Source: an uncultured delta proteobacterium | GTDB lineage: Bacteria; Desulfobacterota; Desulfarculia; JACQYL01; CAWGVV01 | Length of the DNA stretch: 64,000 nucleotides | Direction: 5' to 3' | Assembly: GCA_963826125.1 (NCBI GenBank) | Contig: CAWGVV010000002.1 | Coordinates: forward strand, 137,305-201,304 | In this document: one piece after another, positions 41,610 through 50,864 of the stretch | Position numbering within the stretch: the stretch's first letter is position 1 | How the letters are laid out: each line of letters starts with the position of its first letter | Notes under the pieces: generated by a model | What the model was told of the DNA's origin: nothing | The model's input: the letters and a program-made list of their open reading frames with translations, nothing else | Database searches by the model: none | Translations under genes and position numbers: made by a program

Positions 41610-41907
41610 ATCGATAAAATAAACGCATGGTGAACCCCTCCACACGTTCGCCATGCGCCTTTCATATTTCCCGGGGGAACTATTTTAATGGATTTCCCAT
41701 GGCAGAGGGCGGATTGATCTCGATCCGCTCTCATGTTCATGTGCAGGTTTGCCAAGCACCACTTCCCCTTTTTCGTCAGTGCGTTTGCACTGACGGACAT
41801 GAATATCGCTCCTCCGAACGCATTCGGCAAAGTAATCGACCGGCATCCTTTGGTTATCTCACAAGTCAGACGGTCCGGGGATGTTTGAACCTCCGATTTT
41901 CCCCCGC

Positions 41908-42618
41908 CTATCGGGATGCGTATCGATCGTTGAGGTAGACGGCGAAACTTTGCGGCAGGTGTTCCGGCAGTGGTGCTTGTGCGGCGGCGATGCGGTCCGG
42001 CAGGTCCCCCAGCGCCACTACCGGCACGTCGCCCACCTTCCCCTCGGCCGCATCGACAACATCGGGGCATACGAACAGGGGCTGGGGCAGATATTCGGTC
42101 TTGTAGCCTTTCCGGATCACCATCGAGAGAAAATGGCAGACCTGCCACAGCTTGCGAGCGGCCGTCGCGGGCTCGTCGGCGGCGGGGAAAAACCGGCCGT
42201 CCTTCCGCACCACTTCGCTTCCCAGGAGCGCCCGGCGGATAACGAACAGTCCGCCGGGGCCGATCACCAGATGATTGCAATGGAAAAACTCGAACTGCAC
42301 CTCGTGGAAGACGAAGTAACGATCGTCCAGTGCCGCCAGGACTGCGGCGATGCGTTGGTTGGCCGCCAGCAGATGTTCGTATTCCGTTTTCCGGAAAATC
42401 TTTTTCCACGCCATGGGGGTGATCTTCAGGGACGAGACGACGATGAAGAAACCGACCACGACGGTGGTGGGAATGATGACGGACGCCTCGCTGCGCCAGT
42501 CCCTGGAGGAGATGAGAAGAACGACGACGGTCACGCTGAGTAAGCTGAGGAGCAGGGCCATGCGCTTCAGCGAATGGGCCTTGACGTTGCTTCCGGGATA
42601 CCCCTGTACGTATGCCAT
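41908..42618 (-). CDS. Membrane-anchored NERD-like domain protein
   Basis: Two N-terminal TM segments, then LDDRYFVFHEV..NHLVIGPGGLFVI; GAGGAG RBS before ATG 42618. Confidence 0.7.
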   Translation of the reverse strand: MAYVQGYPGSNVKAHSLKRMALLLSLLSVTVVVLLISSRDWRSEASVIIPTTVVVGFFIVVSSLKITPMAWKKIFRKTEYEHLLAANQRIAAVLAALDDRYFVFHEVQFEFFHCNHLVIGPGGLFVIRRALLGSEVVRKDGRFFPAADEPATAARKLWQVCHFLSMVIRKGYKTEYLPQPLFVCPDVVDAAEGKVGDVPVVALGDLPDRIAAAQAPLPEHLPQSFAVYLNDRYASR

Positions 42619-42700
42619 TTTTCCGGTCTCCTCCTCGGTTCGATCCCGGCGGACCATGGATGGCGGCCGAATACCGACGATCCGGCCGCCATGCGGTTCA

Positions 42701-44182
42701 TCAATAGTTCGCAGCCAACCCCTCCTTGACGGCGGCGGCGGCGGTTCCGGCGGCCTCTTCCTGATGCCGTTTCACCTCTGCCGCGATCTTCTCGGGCGAG
42801 TTGCCCGGGAATACCGGTTCGGTTTCCATGTAGGCGTTTTCACGCGAGCTCCCCAGATACATCAGCGCGCACAGCAGAATCGCGGTACCCAGTCCCCATG
42901 CCGCGCCGCGCGTGGCCATCACGGCCCCGGCGATGCCCGCGATCCCCAGATCGTTGAAGGACCGGGACTTGAGCACGCCCACCCGAACGGAAACGTAACC
43001 CTGGATGAGCATTGTGGAGGCGAGTCCCACGCCGAGGATGGGTTTCACCGTGGAGACGATGGGAGCCAGGAAGTAGCCCGTCCACGTACCCCAGCGGAAG
43101 GTGCCGGCGCCGCCGTTGATGGATTCCATGGCCGCCGGGCCGTTCTTGTAGCGTTCGCACACCACTACCTGCATGGCCGCCCACAGGGGTCCGCACATGG
43201 AGATATCGGGGCCCAGAACGCTCATGATGAAGTTCCGGCTGCCGAAGATGATGTGTGAACGGTTGGCATTGTAGTTGATGTCCTCATCCGGACGATACTT
43301 CTGGGCATCCTCCAGCAGGGCCTGGGACTGGATCACGTCTCCGAATACCACGATATAGGCCGAGATGACCATGGGCAAACCGGTGAGGAACATCGTGAGC
43401 GGCGGGAAAGGGATCTTCCCGAAGATGGTCCAATCCCTGAAGAGGCCGATGAAATCCGGTCGGGTGAAGATGTTGCTGTCATAAGTCGGCCACGGGATTT
43501 CGCCCGCCAGAGGGCCTACGATGACGGCGAGGGCCAACGCCGGCATCATACCCAGGTTGGACAGGTACCACAGCGCCTTGTTTCTTTTCTTGATTTTCTT
43601 GAAGTGTTCCGAGAAGAGCAGATAGAACGCAAGCCCCATGCAGATGCTGATGGTCCAGCGGTAGGAGTCGAAGCTCTTGAGCCCCGTGCCGGGCTGGAAC
43701 ACGATCATGATGGCGGCGAATCCGGCCCCCAGAAGCACCGCGGATTGTACGGCATTAGGGATGAGCCGGATGAATTTTTTCGCCAACCCCGTCACGCCGA
43801 GGATGATGCAGAACAGGCCGAAGGTGGACTCGAACGCAATGAGGGCCTGCATGCGCTCCACGCCGGGTTGGAACGTTCCCACATAGACGATGAGCAGCGG
43901 GATGGCCGGGGTGACCCACCCGGGGATTACGGGATCGCCGAAAGCGACGTGCGTCAGATAGAGGGTTCCGTTCAAAATGACGATGGCCAGCGCCACCTCG
44001 AAGGTCATGCCCAGCTTGCCGGTGAGCACCGGGATAATGGACAGGCACACGGTGCACATGAGCAGGCCCTGAATGTAATCGGCCCACTCGAACCGGTAGT
44101 GTATCCCCGGTAGTCTGAGGGTAAGCGGTCCTGCCAGTTTTATTCCGGGCTGTACGCCCCCATACGGTCTCTCTGCTCTCAT
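42701..44182 (-). CDS. Multi-pass permease (DUF3360 / nucleobase-ascorbate transporter-like), putative 4-hydroxybutyrate-pathway transporter
   Basis: About 12 TM; RLPGIHYRFEWADYIQG, GDPVIPGWVTPAIP, AYIVVFGD and GPLWAA motifs; last gene of the abfD cluster. Confidence 0.7.
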   Translation of the reverse strand: MRAERPYGGVQPGIKLAGPLTLRLPGIHYRFEWADYIQGLLMCTVCLSIIPVLTGKLGMTFEVALAIVILNGTLYLTHVAFGDPVIPGWVTPAIPLLIVYVGTFQPGVERMQALIAFESTFGLFCIILGVTGLAKKFIRLIPNAVQSAVLLGAGFAAIMIVFQPGTGLKSFDSYRWTISICMGLAFYLLFSEHFKKIKKRNKALWYLSNLGMMPALALAVIVGPLAGEIPWPTYDSNIFTRPDFIGLFRDWTIFGKIPFPPLTMFLTGLPMVISAYIVVFGDVIQSQALLEDAQKYRPDEDINYNANRSHIIFGSRNFIMSVLGPDISMCGPLWAAMQVVVCERYKNGPAAMESINGGAGTFRWGTWTGYFLAPIVSTVKPILGVGLASTMLIQGYVSVRVGVLKSRSFNDLGIAGIAGAVMATRGAAWGLGTAILLCALMYLGSSRENAYMETEPVFPGNSPEKIAAEVKRHQEEAAGTAAAAVKEGLAANY

Positions 44183-44242
44183 ATTGCTGCTCCTTTATTT
44201 TGGATGCCCGAAGGGCTCCCTACCGGTTGTTGCAGCATGATC

Positions 44243-45556
44243 CTAAAATTCCTTGCCGAACCGTTTCCTGTAATCGCTCTTCAATTGGTCCCGGAAATCC
44301 GGATGAGCAATCCCGATCAGGGCTTTCGCCCGCTGAGACACCGACCTGCCCCGCAGATCGGCAATGCCGTATTCGGTGACGATGTAATGCACGTCCGTTC
44401 TGAGCGTGGTGACGCAGGCCCCCGTATCGATCACGGGCACGATTTTGGACAACGTGCCCTTGGCCGCCGTGGAGGGAAAGGCGAGAATGGAACGTCCGCC
44501 CTTGGCAATGGACGTCCCGCGTACGAAGTCGACCTGGCCGCCCGTACCGGAGTACTGGCGCAGGCCGATGGTGTCGGAAACGACCTGGCCCGTGAAATCC
44601 ACCTGGAGGGCGGAATTGATGGAGATCATGTTGTCGTTTCGACCGATGATGGAGGGATCGTTTGTGTAGTCCACGGGATACATTTCCACCATCGGGTTGT
44701 TGTGGACGAAGTTGTACAGTTTTTCGGTTCCCATCAGGAAGGACGCCACCAGCTTTCCGGGGTGGAGGGTCTTGCGGGCCCCCGTGATCACGCCCGATTC
44801 CACCAGGTCCGCCACGCCGTCGGAAAACATTTCGGAGTGGATTCCGAGGTCCCGTTTCTCCTTGAGGAACCCCAGGATGGCGTCGGGAAGCGAGCCGATT
44901 CCGAGCTGCAGCACGTCGCCGTCCCGAATGAGTTCCGCGCAGTGCCCGCCGATGGCCTCGTCGATGGGGCCGAGCTTGGGCGGATTCATGACGATGGGTT
45001 TATCGTCGCATTCGACGATGTAATCGAGCTTGGACACATGGATGAAGGTGTCGCCCAGGGTGCGCGGCATGGAGGGCGATATCTCCGCAATGACGGTCTT
45101 CGCCGATTCCGCGGCGGGCTTGGTATAATCCACGGAAACGCCGAAGGAGCAGAACCCGTGCTCGTCCGGAGGCGAGAGCATGCACAAACACACGTCCACC
45201 GGCAGGATGCCCTCCTTGAAGAGAGTGGGCACCTGGGAAAAATGGCAAGGGGTGAATTCCGCCCGCCCCTCGTCGATGGCCGCTCGCGAAGTGGCCCCCG
45301 CAAAAAGTGAATTGTGTACGAAATGTTGGGAGCATTCGGGTCCGCAGTAGGCGCTGGGACCCATGGAAACCATGTGGACCAGTTCGACCTTGCCCTTTCC
45401 ATTTCCGTAGTTTTGCCGGTTGTCGACCAGAGCGTTCAGGAGGGTTTCCGGGGAACCCGTGGCGTGACCGACCACCACACGATCTCCGGATCGAACGTGG
45501 CTCACGGCCTCTTCGGCGGTAGTGAGCCTGCTTTGGTAGATTTTCTCCCAGTTCAT
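44243..45556 (-). CDS. abfT: 4-hydroxybutyrate CoA-transferase (acetyl-CoA hydrolase/transferase family, Cat2/AbfT)
   Basis: LQLGIG, LGIHSEM (catalytic Glu), SINSALQVD, SGTGGQVDFVRG and VTEYG motifs; abfD context. Confidence 0.88.
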   Translation of the reverse strand: MNWEKIYQSRLTTAEEAVSHVRSGDRVVVGHATGSPETLLNALVDNRQNYGNGKGKVELVHMVSMGPSAYCGPECSQHFVHNSLFAGATSRAAIDEGRAEFTPCHFSQVPTLFKEGILPVDVCLCMLSPPDEHGFCSFGVSVDYTKPAAESAKTVIAEISPSMPRTLGDTFIHVSKLDYIVECDDKPIVMNPPKLGPIDEAIGGHCAELIRDGDVLQLGIGSLPDAILGFLKEKRDLGIHSEMFSDGVADLVESGVITGARKTLHPGKLVASFLMGTEKLYNFVHNNPMVEMYPVDYTNDPSIIGRNDNMISINSALQVDFTGQVVSDTIGLRQYSGTGGQVDFVRGTSIAKGGRSILAFPSTAAKGTLSKIVPVIDTGACVTTLRTDVHYIVTEYGIADLRGRSVSQRAKALIGIAHPDFRDQLKSDYRKRFGKEF

Positions 45557-45599
45557 GGCACGTCCTCCGCGTGTTACTGGAGATTCTTTCCGATCTACT

Positions 45600-45896
45600 T
45601 CACGAGTCTTCTTCCTTGTCCTTCATTCCCGGCGCCGGTGTCAGAAGATGATGCGCGGTGGTTTCTTCTGCTTCCGCTTCGCTCGTCACCCAGCGGACGG
45701 GCAGTTCGATTTCTCCCACCTCCGCGCAGGCCGACGGACAGCCGCAGACGACCAGTGCAGAATCCGCTTCCGGATGGTCCCATGACACGAAGGCGGCCCG
45801 GTCACCCAGCCGTTCTGCGATCCGTTGAAAGGCAGCAACCCGGTCATAGCGCGGATGACAGCCTCCGCAATATTTCACCCGCACTTTCCTACGCAT
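45600..45896 (-). CDS. Small Cys-rich hypothetical protein
   Basis: KYCGGCHPRYDR and VVCGCPSAC; lies between abfD and abfT on the same strand. Confidence 0.75.
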   Translation of the reverse strand: MRRKVRVKYCGGCHPRYDRVAAFQRIAERLGDRAAFVSWDHPEADSALVVCGCPSACAEVGEIELPVRWVTSEAEAEETTAHHLLTPAPGMKDKEEDS

Positions 45897-45989
45897 GCAT
45901 TCCCCGTTGTATCCCTACCACGGGCCGGGCCGATCCCGGACGAACCGTCACGGAAGTCTTCGCAAGTCCCCCTTGGGGGCGCCTCCGCG

Positions 45990-46025
45990 GCGAAAGCCGG
46001 AGCATAACGGGATTCCGGCTTTCGC
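45990..46025. repeat. Intergenic inverted repeat (REP-like)
   Basis: GCGAAAGCCGGA-N12-TCCGGCTTTCGC. Confidence 0.55.
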
Positions 46026-46088
46026 GGCAGCGACGGAGCAGGCGTCACGATACCTCAACGATTCCCCCGGAGCGGGCGAGAGCGACCG

Positions 46089-47540
46089 TTATTCGGCCGT
46101 GATTCCGCACAGTTTTTGAGCGACTTTCATCTTTTCGGCCATGTTCGTCTGCCGGGCGATCATGATACGCTGGGCCTGGGGCGAACCGGCGCCGTGCATG
46201 GATTCGGTGAGGTAGCCGACCGCCGCTGTTCCCAACGTCAGGTTCTCGATCAGCCTCAGCATACGCATGCGAAATTCCGTAGGCACCGTGGCTACGGTCT
46301 TGTAGTACTTTTCCAGGTAGTGGCCCACCTCGGGCGACCGGAAATCCGCCTCGGAAGGCAGCGTCACCATGAGGCCCCCGGCGATGTCCTGGGCGATCCG
46401 GGCCAGTTCATAGGGAAACCGTGTGATGTTCTGCTTGTGGACGTTGGCCAGAAGCGTGTCCACCGCATAGGTGCCCGACGGTTCCTTGTGGCCCTCCGCC
46501 GCGCAGGCGATGCACCCGCAGTAGAGGGTTTCGTTGAGGTGGTTCATCTCGATGATCTTGTCCTTGATGTGGGATGCCTTCTGCGCGCCGTTGTATTCGG
46601 CCATGCACTGGGCCGCGCCGATGAGGACGTCCCCCACGCCCACCTTGCAGGCGTAGCTCTGACGATGGTAGGAAGCGAACTGCTCCACCAGCCGCCCCGC
46701 AAAGGCTGTCTCCCGGAACATGAACACGCGCTCCCAGGGAACGAAAACGTTGTCGAAGACAACCAGGGCTTCATGGCCGCCGAACAGGACGTTTCCGCGA
46801 TCCATGGTGTCGCCCTCGAGCTTTCGCGTATCGCAGGACTGGCGGCCGATGATGTAGGTGATCCCTTCCGCATCGGCGGGAAGGGCGAAACTGACGGCAT
46901 AGTCCTCGTCGCCTTCACGCATGGCGATGGTGGGCATGACGATGACTTCGTGGGAGTTGACCGCGCCGGTCTGATGGGCCTTGGCTCCGCGAACGACGAT
47001 CCCCTCTTTCTGCTCTTCGACGACGTGCAGGAACAGATCAGGATCGGCCTGCTGATGGGGAGCCAGGGAGCGATCACCCTTTGTATCGGTCATGGCGCCG
47101 TCGCAAGTGAGGTCGTTTTCCTGCACGTAGGAGAGGTATTTCAAAAAACGCTTGTTGTATTCGGTGCCGCACTTCTGGTCGATGTCGTAGGTGACGATGG
47201 AGAGGGCGTTCATGGCGTCCATACCCACGCACCGCTGGAAGCAGCAGCCGGTTCTGGACCCCAGAAGGCGACCCATCTTGCTTTTCTTGACCAAGTCGGA
47301 CGTGGATTGATGGATGTGGGTGAAACGGTTGATCTTTTTGCCGGAAATGTGGGAGGTGGCGACCATCAGGTCTTCATACTCCGGGAGATGGGCCAGTTCG
47401 TAGGTCAGCTTTACGGCATTCATGGATGGACGGACGACGGGATCGTCCACTACGTTTTCGACGCGCTTGCCGAACATGAAAACCTTGAAGTTGAGCTTGC
47501 GCAGACTTTCTTCGTACTGCTCTCCTGTCATCATAGGCAT
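46089..47540 (-). CDS. abfD: 4-hydroxybutyryl-CoA dehydratase / vinylacetyl-CoA isomerase
   Basis: MMTGEQYEESLRK, CFQRCVG, GAMTDTKGDR, GGHE, YHRQSYACK (His/Cys Fe-S ligands), ESMHGAGSPQAQR; GGAGGAGG RBS. Confidence 0.95.
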   Translation of the reverse strand: MPMMTGEQYEESLRKLNFKVFMFGKRVENVVDDPVVRPSMNAVKLTYELAHLPEYEDLMVATSHISGKKINRFTHIHQSTSDLVKKSKMGRLLGSRTGCCFQRCVGMDAMNALSIVTYDIDQKCGTEYNKRFLKYLSYVQENDLTCDGAMTDTKGDRSLAPHQQADPDLFLHVVEEQKEGIVVRGAKAHQTGAVNSHEVIVMPTIAMREGDEDYAVSFALPADAEGITYIIGRQSCDTRKLEGDTMDRGNVLFGGHEALVVFDNVFVPWERVFMFRETAFAGRLVEQFASYHRQSYACKVGVGDVLIGAAQCMAEYNGAQKASHIKDKIIEMNHLNETLYCGCIACAAEGHKEPSGTYAVDTLLANVHKQNITRFPYELARIAQDIAGGLMVTLPSEADFRSPEVGHYLEKYYKTVATVPTEFRMRMLRLIENLTLGTAAVGYLTESMHGAGSPQAQRIMIARQTNMAEKMKVAQKLCGITAE

Positions 47541-47665
47541 AACGAAATCCTCCTCCGGTTGCGGGTATGGATGTATTGAACCGCGGATTCGGAGGTACTC
47601 TGCCATTGAACCCACGGAAGATTTCTTGTCGGGAAGCGATCGCTTGCTGGTCGTTATCCTTACTG

Positions 47666-47682
47666 AGCAACAAGGGTGCCAA
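47666..47682 (-). promoter_or_regulatory. Sigma-54 promoter of the abfD operon
   Basis: Minus strand TTGGCACCCTTGTTGCT, a consensus -24/-12 element. Confidence 0.92.
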
Positions 47683-47731
47683 TTGCCGGGAATCTGTCGG
47701 CCAAAGGGGAGGTGCGCGATTTCACAAACGA

Positions 47732-47744
47732 CAAGATATTGATA
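47732..47744 (-). promoter_or_regulatory. IHF binding site
   Basis: TATCAATATCTTG matches WATCAANNNNTTR, between the promoter and the enhancer. Confidence 0.75.
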
Positions 47745-47844
47745 ATACGGAAAGTATTTAAAAAACGCCGATCGGGTTGAAGGCCGGGAAACGTCGATGG
47801 AAGGATGAAATCAATGGGCCGAAACGCGGGAATGGGTCCCTGAT

Positions 47845-47950
47845 CGATGCGACAGCGCATCGGTTCTTTGGGGAACTCCCGCTGATAAGTATGTATTCAT
47901 TGAGGATTTTACCACGCGATGCTCTCACGCATCGATGCTGAACGGCATCG
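47845..47950. promoter_or_regulatory. Three palindromic enhancer (UAS) sites CGATGC-N6-GCATCG
   Basis: Copies at 47845-47862, 47917-47934 and 47933-47950. Confidence 0.8.
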
Positions 47951-47992
47951 GCCGCTGTGCCCCTTACGGGTGGAGAAAATCACTGGAGCCGG

Positions 47993-50182
47993 TCAGTCGT
48001 CTCCGTCCAACCCGTACCGCCGCAGTTTGCGAACCACCGTCGACTGGTTGATGCCAAGCGCCCGTGCGACTTTGCGAGTGGACCCGTATTGAGTGAGGGC
48101 CTTGCGCAGGATTCGCTTCTCCACCTCCTCCAGCGCAGCCTGAAGGGTTTTCCCCCCCAGTTGGTGGATGTTGATGTGGCGGGTTTCGAGGCCGGGCAGC
48201 AGCCCCGCCGGAAAGTCGGCCATGGTGACCGCGTCGGATTGGGAAACCACCACCAACCGTTCCACGACGTTTTCGAGTTCCCGTACGTTGCCCGGCCAAT
48301 CGTAATCGTGCAGCGCCGAGAGGACGTCGGCATCCAGCTGCCGGTTGAAGCCGTACCGCTGGTTGTACTTGCTCAAGAAATGAAGCGCAAGATTGAGGAT
48401 CGCCTCCTTTCGCTCACGGAGCGGCGGTATGGTAACCGGAACCACGTTCAGGCGGAAAAACAGGTCCTTACGGAACAATCCCTTTCCCACCATCTGATCG
48501 AGATTGCGATTGGTGGCTGCGATGATGCGGATATCCACGGGAATGGGCTCGGTGGAACCCAACCGAACCACGACTTTTTCCTGCAGCACCCGAAGCAGTT
48601 TGGCCTGGATGCCCAACGGGATTTCTCCGATCTCGTCCAGGAATACGGTGCCGTTCTGGGCCGTTTCAAGCGTTCCGGCTTTTCCGCGGGTGCTTGCTCC
48701 GGTGAAGGCGCCGGGGACGTAGCCGAACAGTTCGGATTCGAGCAGCTGTTCGGGGATCGCGGCGCAACTGATTTTCACGAACGGCTTTTCCCGGCGGGGA
48801 CTATTGGCGTGCACGATGTCCGCGAATACTTCCTTGCCCGTGCCTGACTCGCCCACGATCAGGATCGTGGTGTCCACTCGCGCCAGACGCAATGCCAGGT
48901 CGTGCAATTCCTTCATCTTCGCCGACCGGATCACTACTTTGGACAGGCCGTAGGACTCTCCCCGCAGCTTTACCAATTCCGTTTCGTAACGCGTGCGGAG
49001 GATCTCCATCCGCCCGAGTTCCCGCTGCAGGTTATAGAGTTCCGTAACGTCCCGCACGTTGGTGACCACAAGGGTGATTTCGCCCGCCTCGTCGAAAAAG
49101 GGATTGCCGGTCACCATGACGGTCTTGCCCGTTTTGACCTTCTGGATCAAACTTTCCTGGCAGCGGGTTTCGAGCACCCGGAGGGTGGCCGACTGGTTGT
49201 AAAAACCGGCGTCCACCAGTTGCCGCATGGTGTAGCCCAACACCTGTTCGCGATGGATTCCGGTGATGCGCTCGTAAGCACGATTGACGCGGATGGTGCG
49301 CCCCTCGCCATCGGTGACGTAGATGCCGTCGAAGGAAGACTCGATGATGGCGTCCAGTTCTCGGGAAATTTTTTTTGTGTAGGAAAGTTCGCTGGCAATT
49401 GCCTCAAACTCGGAGATGTCCTCCAGCACGGCCACGGCGCCGATGATCTGGCCGCCCGCCTTGATGGGCGTACGGTTGGTCATGTACACCCGGTTGCCGC
49501 GCCGGATTTTCTGGGCGGACTCCGCTTTTCCGGTCCGGATGATCCGCCGGAGCTGGGAATCGGTGAAAATCGTCTCGATCCGTTCGCCGAATAGATCGTC
49601 CACCTTCGTGTCGGCGATGTCCGCCATGGCTTTGTTGCAGAACATGACCTTGCCGGAGGAATCGATGGCGATGATGGGATTATAGATGGCGTCCAGGAAG
49701 ATGCTCAAGCGTCGCAGCATGGGAATGTGTTCCGCCCGGAGGCCGGCGGAATGACGACGGGTATCGAGTACGCCGAAAAACTTTCCGTCCTTTGTGACCA
49801 CCCGGAACCTGGCACGATCGGCCCCGAATTCCACACCTTCCAGGGCATTCACCATTTCGAAATCGGTACTGGCGTATCCCGCCGCACCATCTTCCGGCCG
49901 GGCGCCGGCGCCCAATGCGACGCTGATTTCCCAGGAGGTGAGCACCCCGGCCACAACGTCCGGCCGGATCGGCACTACCACGCATCCCTCCTCGGTTTCG
50001 GCCAGCACCGCGGCAGCCTCGGCCAGGGTGGTATCGGCGTCAATCAGTCGACAATCCCCCTCAACCAGGTCTTCGTACGTCATGCCTTTCTCTTTCTTCG
50101 CAGGGGGAGACGGCTTCGGTTCGGTATCCTGCTTGACAGGCGGTCCCGTCGACGGTTTCATTTCAAGGCACCATTCGAACAC
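47993..50182 (-). CDS. Sigma-54 dependent activator (degenerate CBS-PAS-PAS-AAA-HTH); start uncertain, possibly 50161 or 50083
   Basis: GESGTGKE, ESELFGY..GAFTGA, FLDEIGE, WPGNVREL, and a TyrR-like HTH STRKVARALGINQSTVVRKL. Confidence 0.93.
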   Translation of the reverse strand: MFEWCLEMKPSTGPPVKQDTEPKPSPPAKKEKGMTYEDLVEGDCRLIDADTTLAEAAAVLAETEEGCVVVPIRPDVVAGVLTSWEISVALGAGARPEDGAAGYASTDFEMVNALEGVEFGADRARFRVVTKDGKFFGVLDTRRHSAGLRAEHIPMLRRLSIFLDAIYNPIIAIDSSGKVMFCNKAMADIADTKVDDLFGERIETIFTDSQLRRIIRTGKAESAQKIRRGNRVYMTNRTPIKAGGQIIGAVAVLEDISEFEAIASELSYTKKISRELDAIIESSFDGIYVTDGEGRTIRVNRAYERITGIHREQVLGYTMRQLVDAGFYNQSATLRVLETRCQESLIQKVKTGKTVMVTGNPFFDEAGEITLVVTNVRDVTELYNLQRELGRMEILRTRYETELVKLRGESYGLSKVVIRSAKMKELHDLALRLARVDTTILIVGESGTGKEVFADIVHANSPRREKPFVKISCAAIPEQLLESELFGYVPGAFTGASTRGKAGTLETAQNGTVFLDEIGEIPLGIQAKLLRVLQEKVVVRLGSTEPIPVDIRIIAATNRNLDQMVGKGLFRKDLFFRLNVVPVTIPPLRERKEAILNLALHFLSKYNQRYGFNRQLDADVLSALHDYDWPGNVRELENVVERLVVVSQSDAVTMADFPAGLLPGLETRHINIHQLGGKTLQAALEEVEKRILRKALTQYGSTRKVARALGINQSTVVRKLRRYGLDGDD

Positions 50183-50864
50183 TCAAGGGATTCCACCCCT
50201 CACGCGGAGCCGGGGGTGCGAATACGGTTGCCGTTGTGGGTGTCGGATTGAGGAAAAAACGGGGAGGTCGTCGGCAGGCATATTCCCGTCCCGATACCCG
50301 CTGAGGAGGGTTGAGCCGCTAAGAGCCGCTGCATTCGTTTCCGTCCATACGAGCAGATACAACCGTTCGAGATGAACCTCATATCGGACAGTTTGCCGTG
50401 GATACGACGTTGCTATTATTAAGACAACATCATCTGCTCGCTTGTCAAGGCTTTGCCGAGGCGACACAACCACTTGACGAAAAGAACGGCGGGAGTCTAT
50501 AAAGAAAATATTCAATGCTCGTGTTGGCAGCACACTGTACGTATGGCCGCAACATTACCGTTCTTGCGACACGATCGACGACAACACCATTGCGGCTCCG
50601 GACGATCGAGGCCCGCTTTCCTCCTCGATCCCCGAATATCCAACGTTTTCCCCTTCGACCGAACTGCCAGCCGCCGTCTCCTGTCCGTGCTGCACGGAAA
50701 TCGACCTCGCGTGCGGTTGCAAACGTTAGATCCGGCATAGCCATGCCCGGGAATAACGACCAAGAGACCCGCTCCCAACGTCGGTGACGTGAATCCCTTT
50801 GCGCCCCGTTCCGGGATGCCCCGCCTCCTGGCCCCCACATCGTTCACGTACGGAGAGTGCCATC

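Noticed and set aside
45556-45570. TGGCAC-N-GC sigma54-like string at the abfT start
   Set aside because: It is on the antisense strand, overlaps the start codon and RBS, and lacks TTGC; likely chance.
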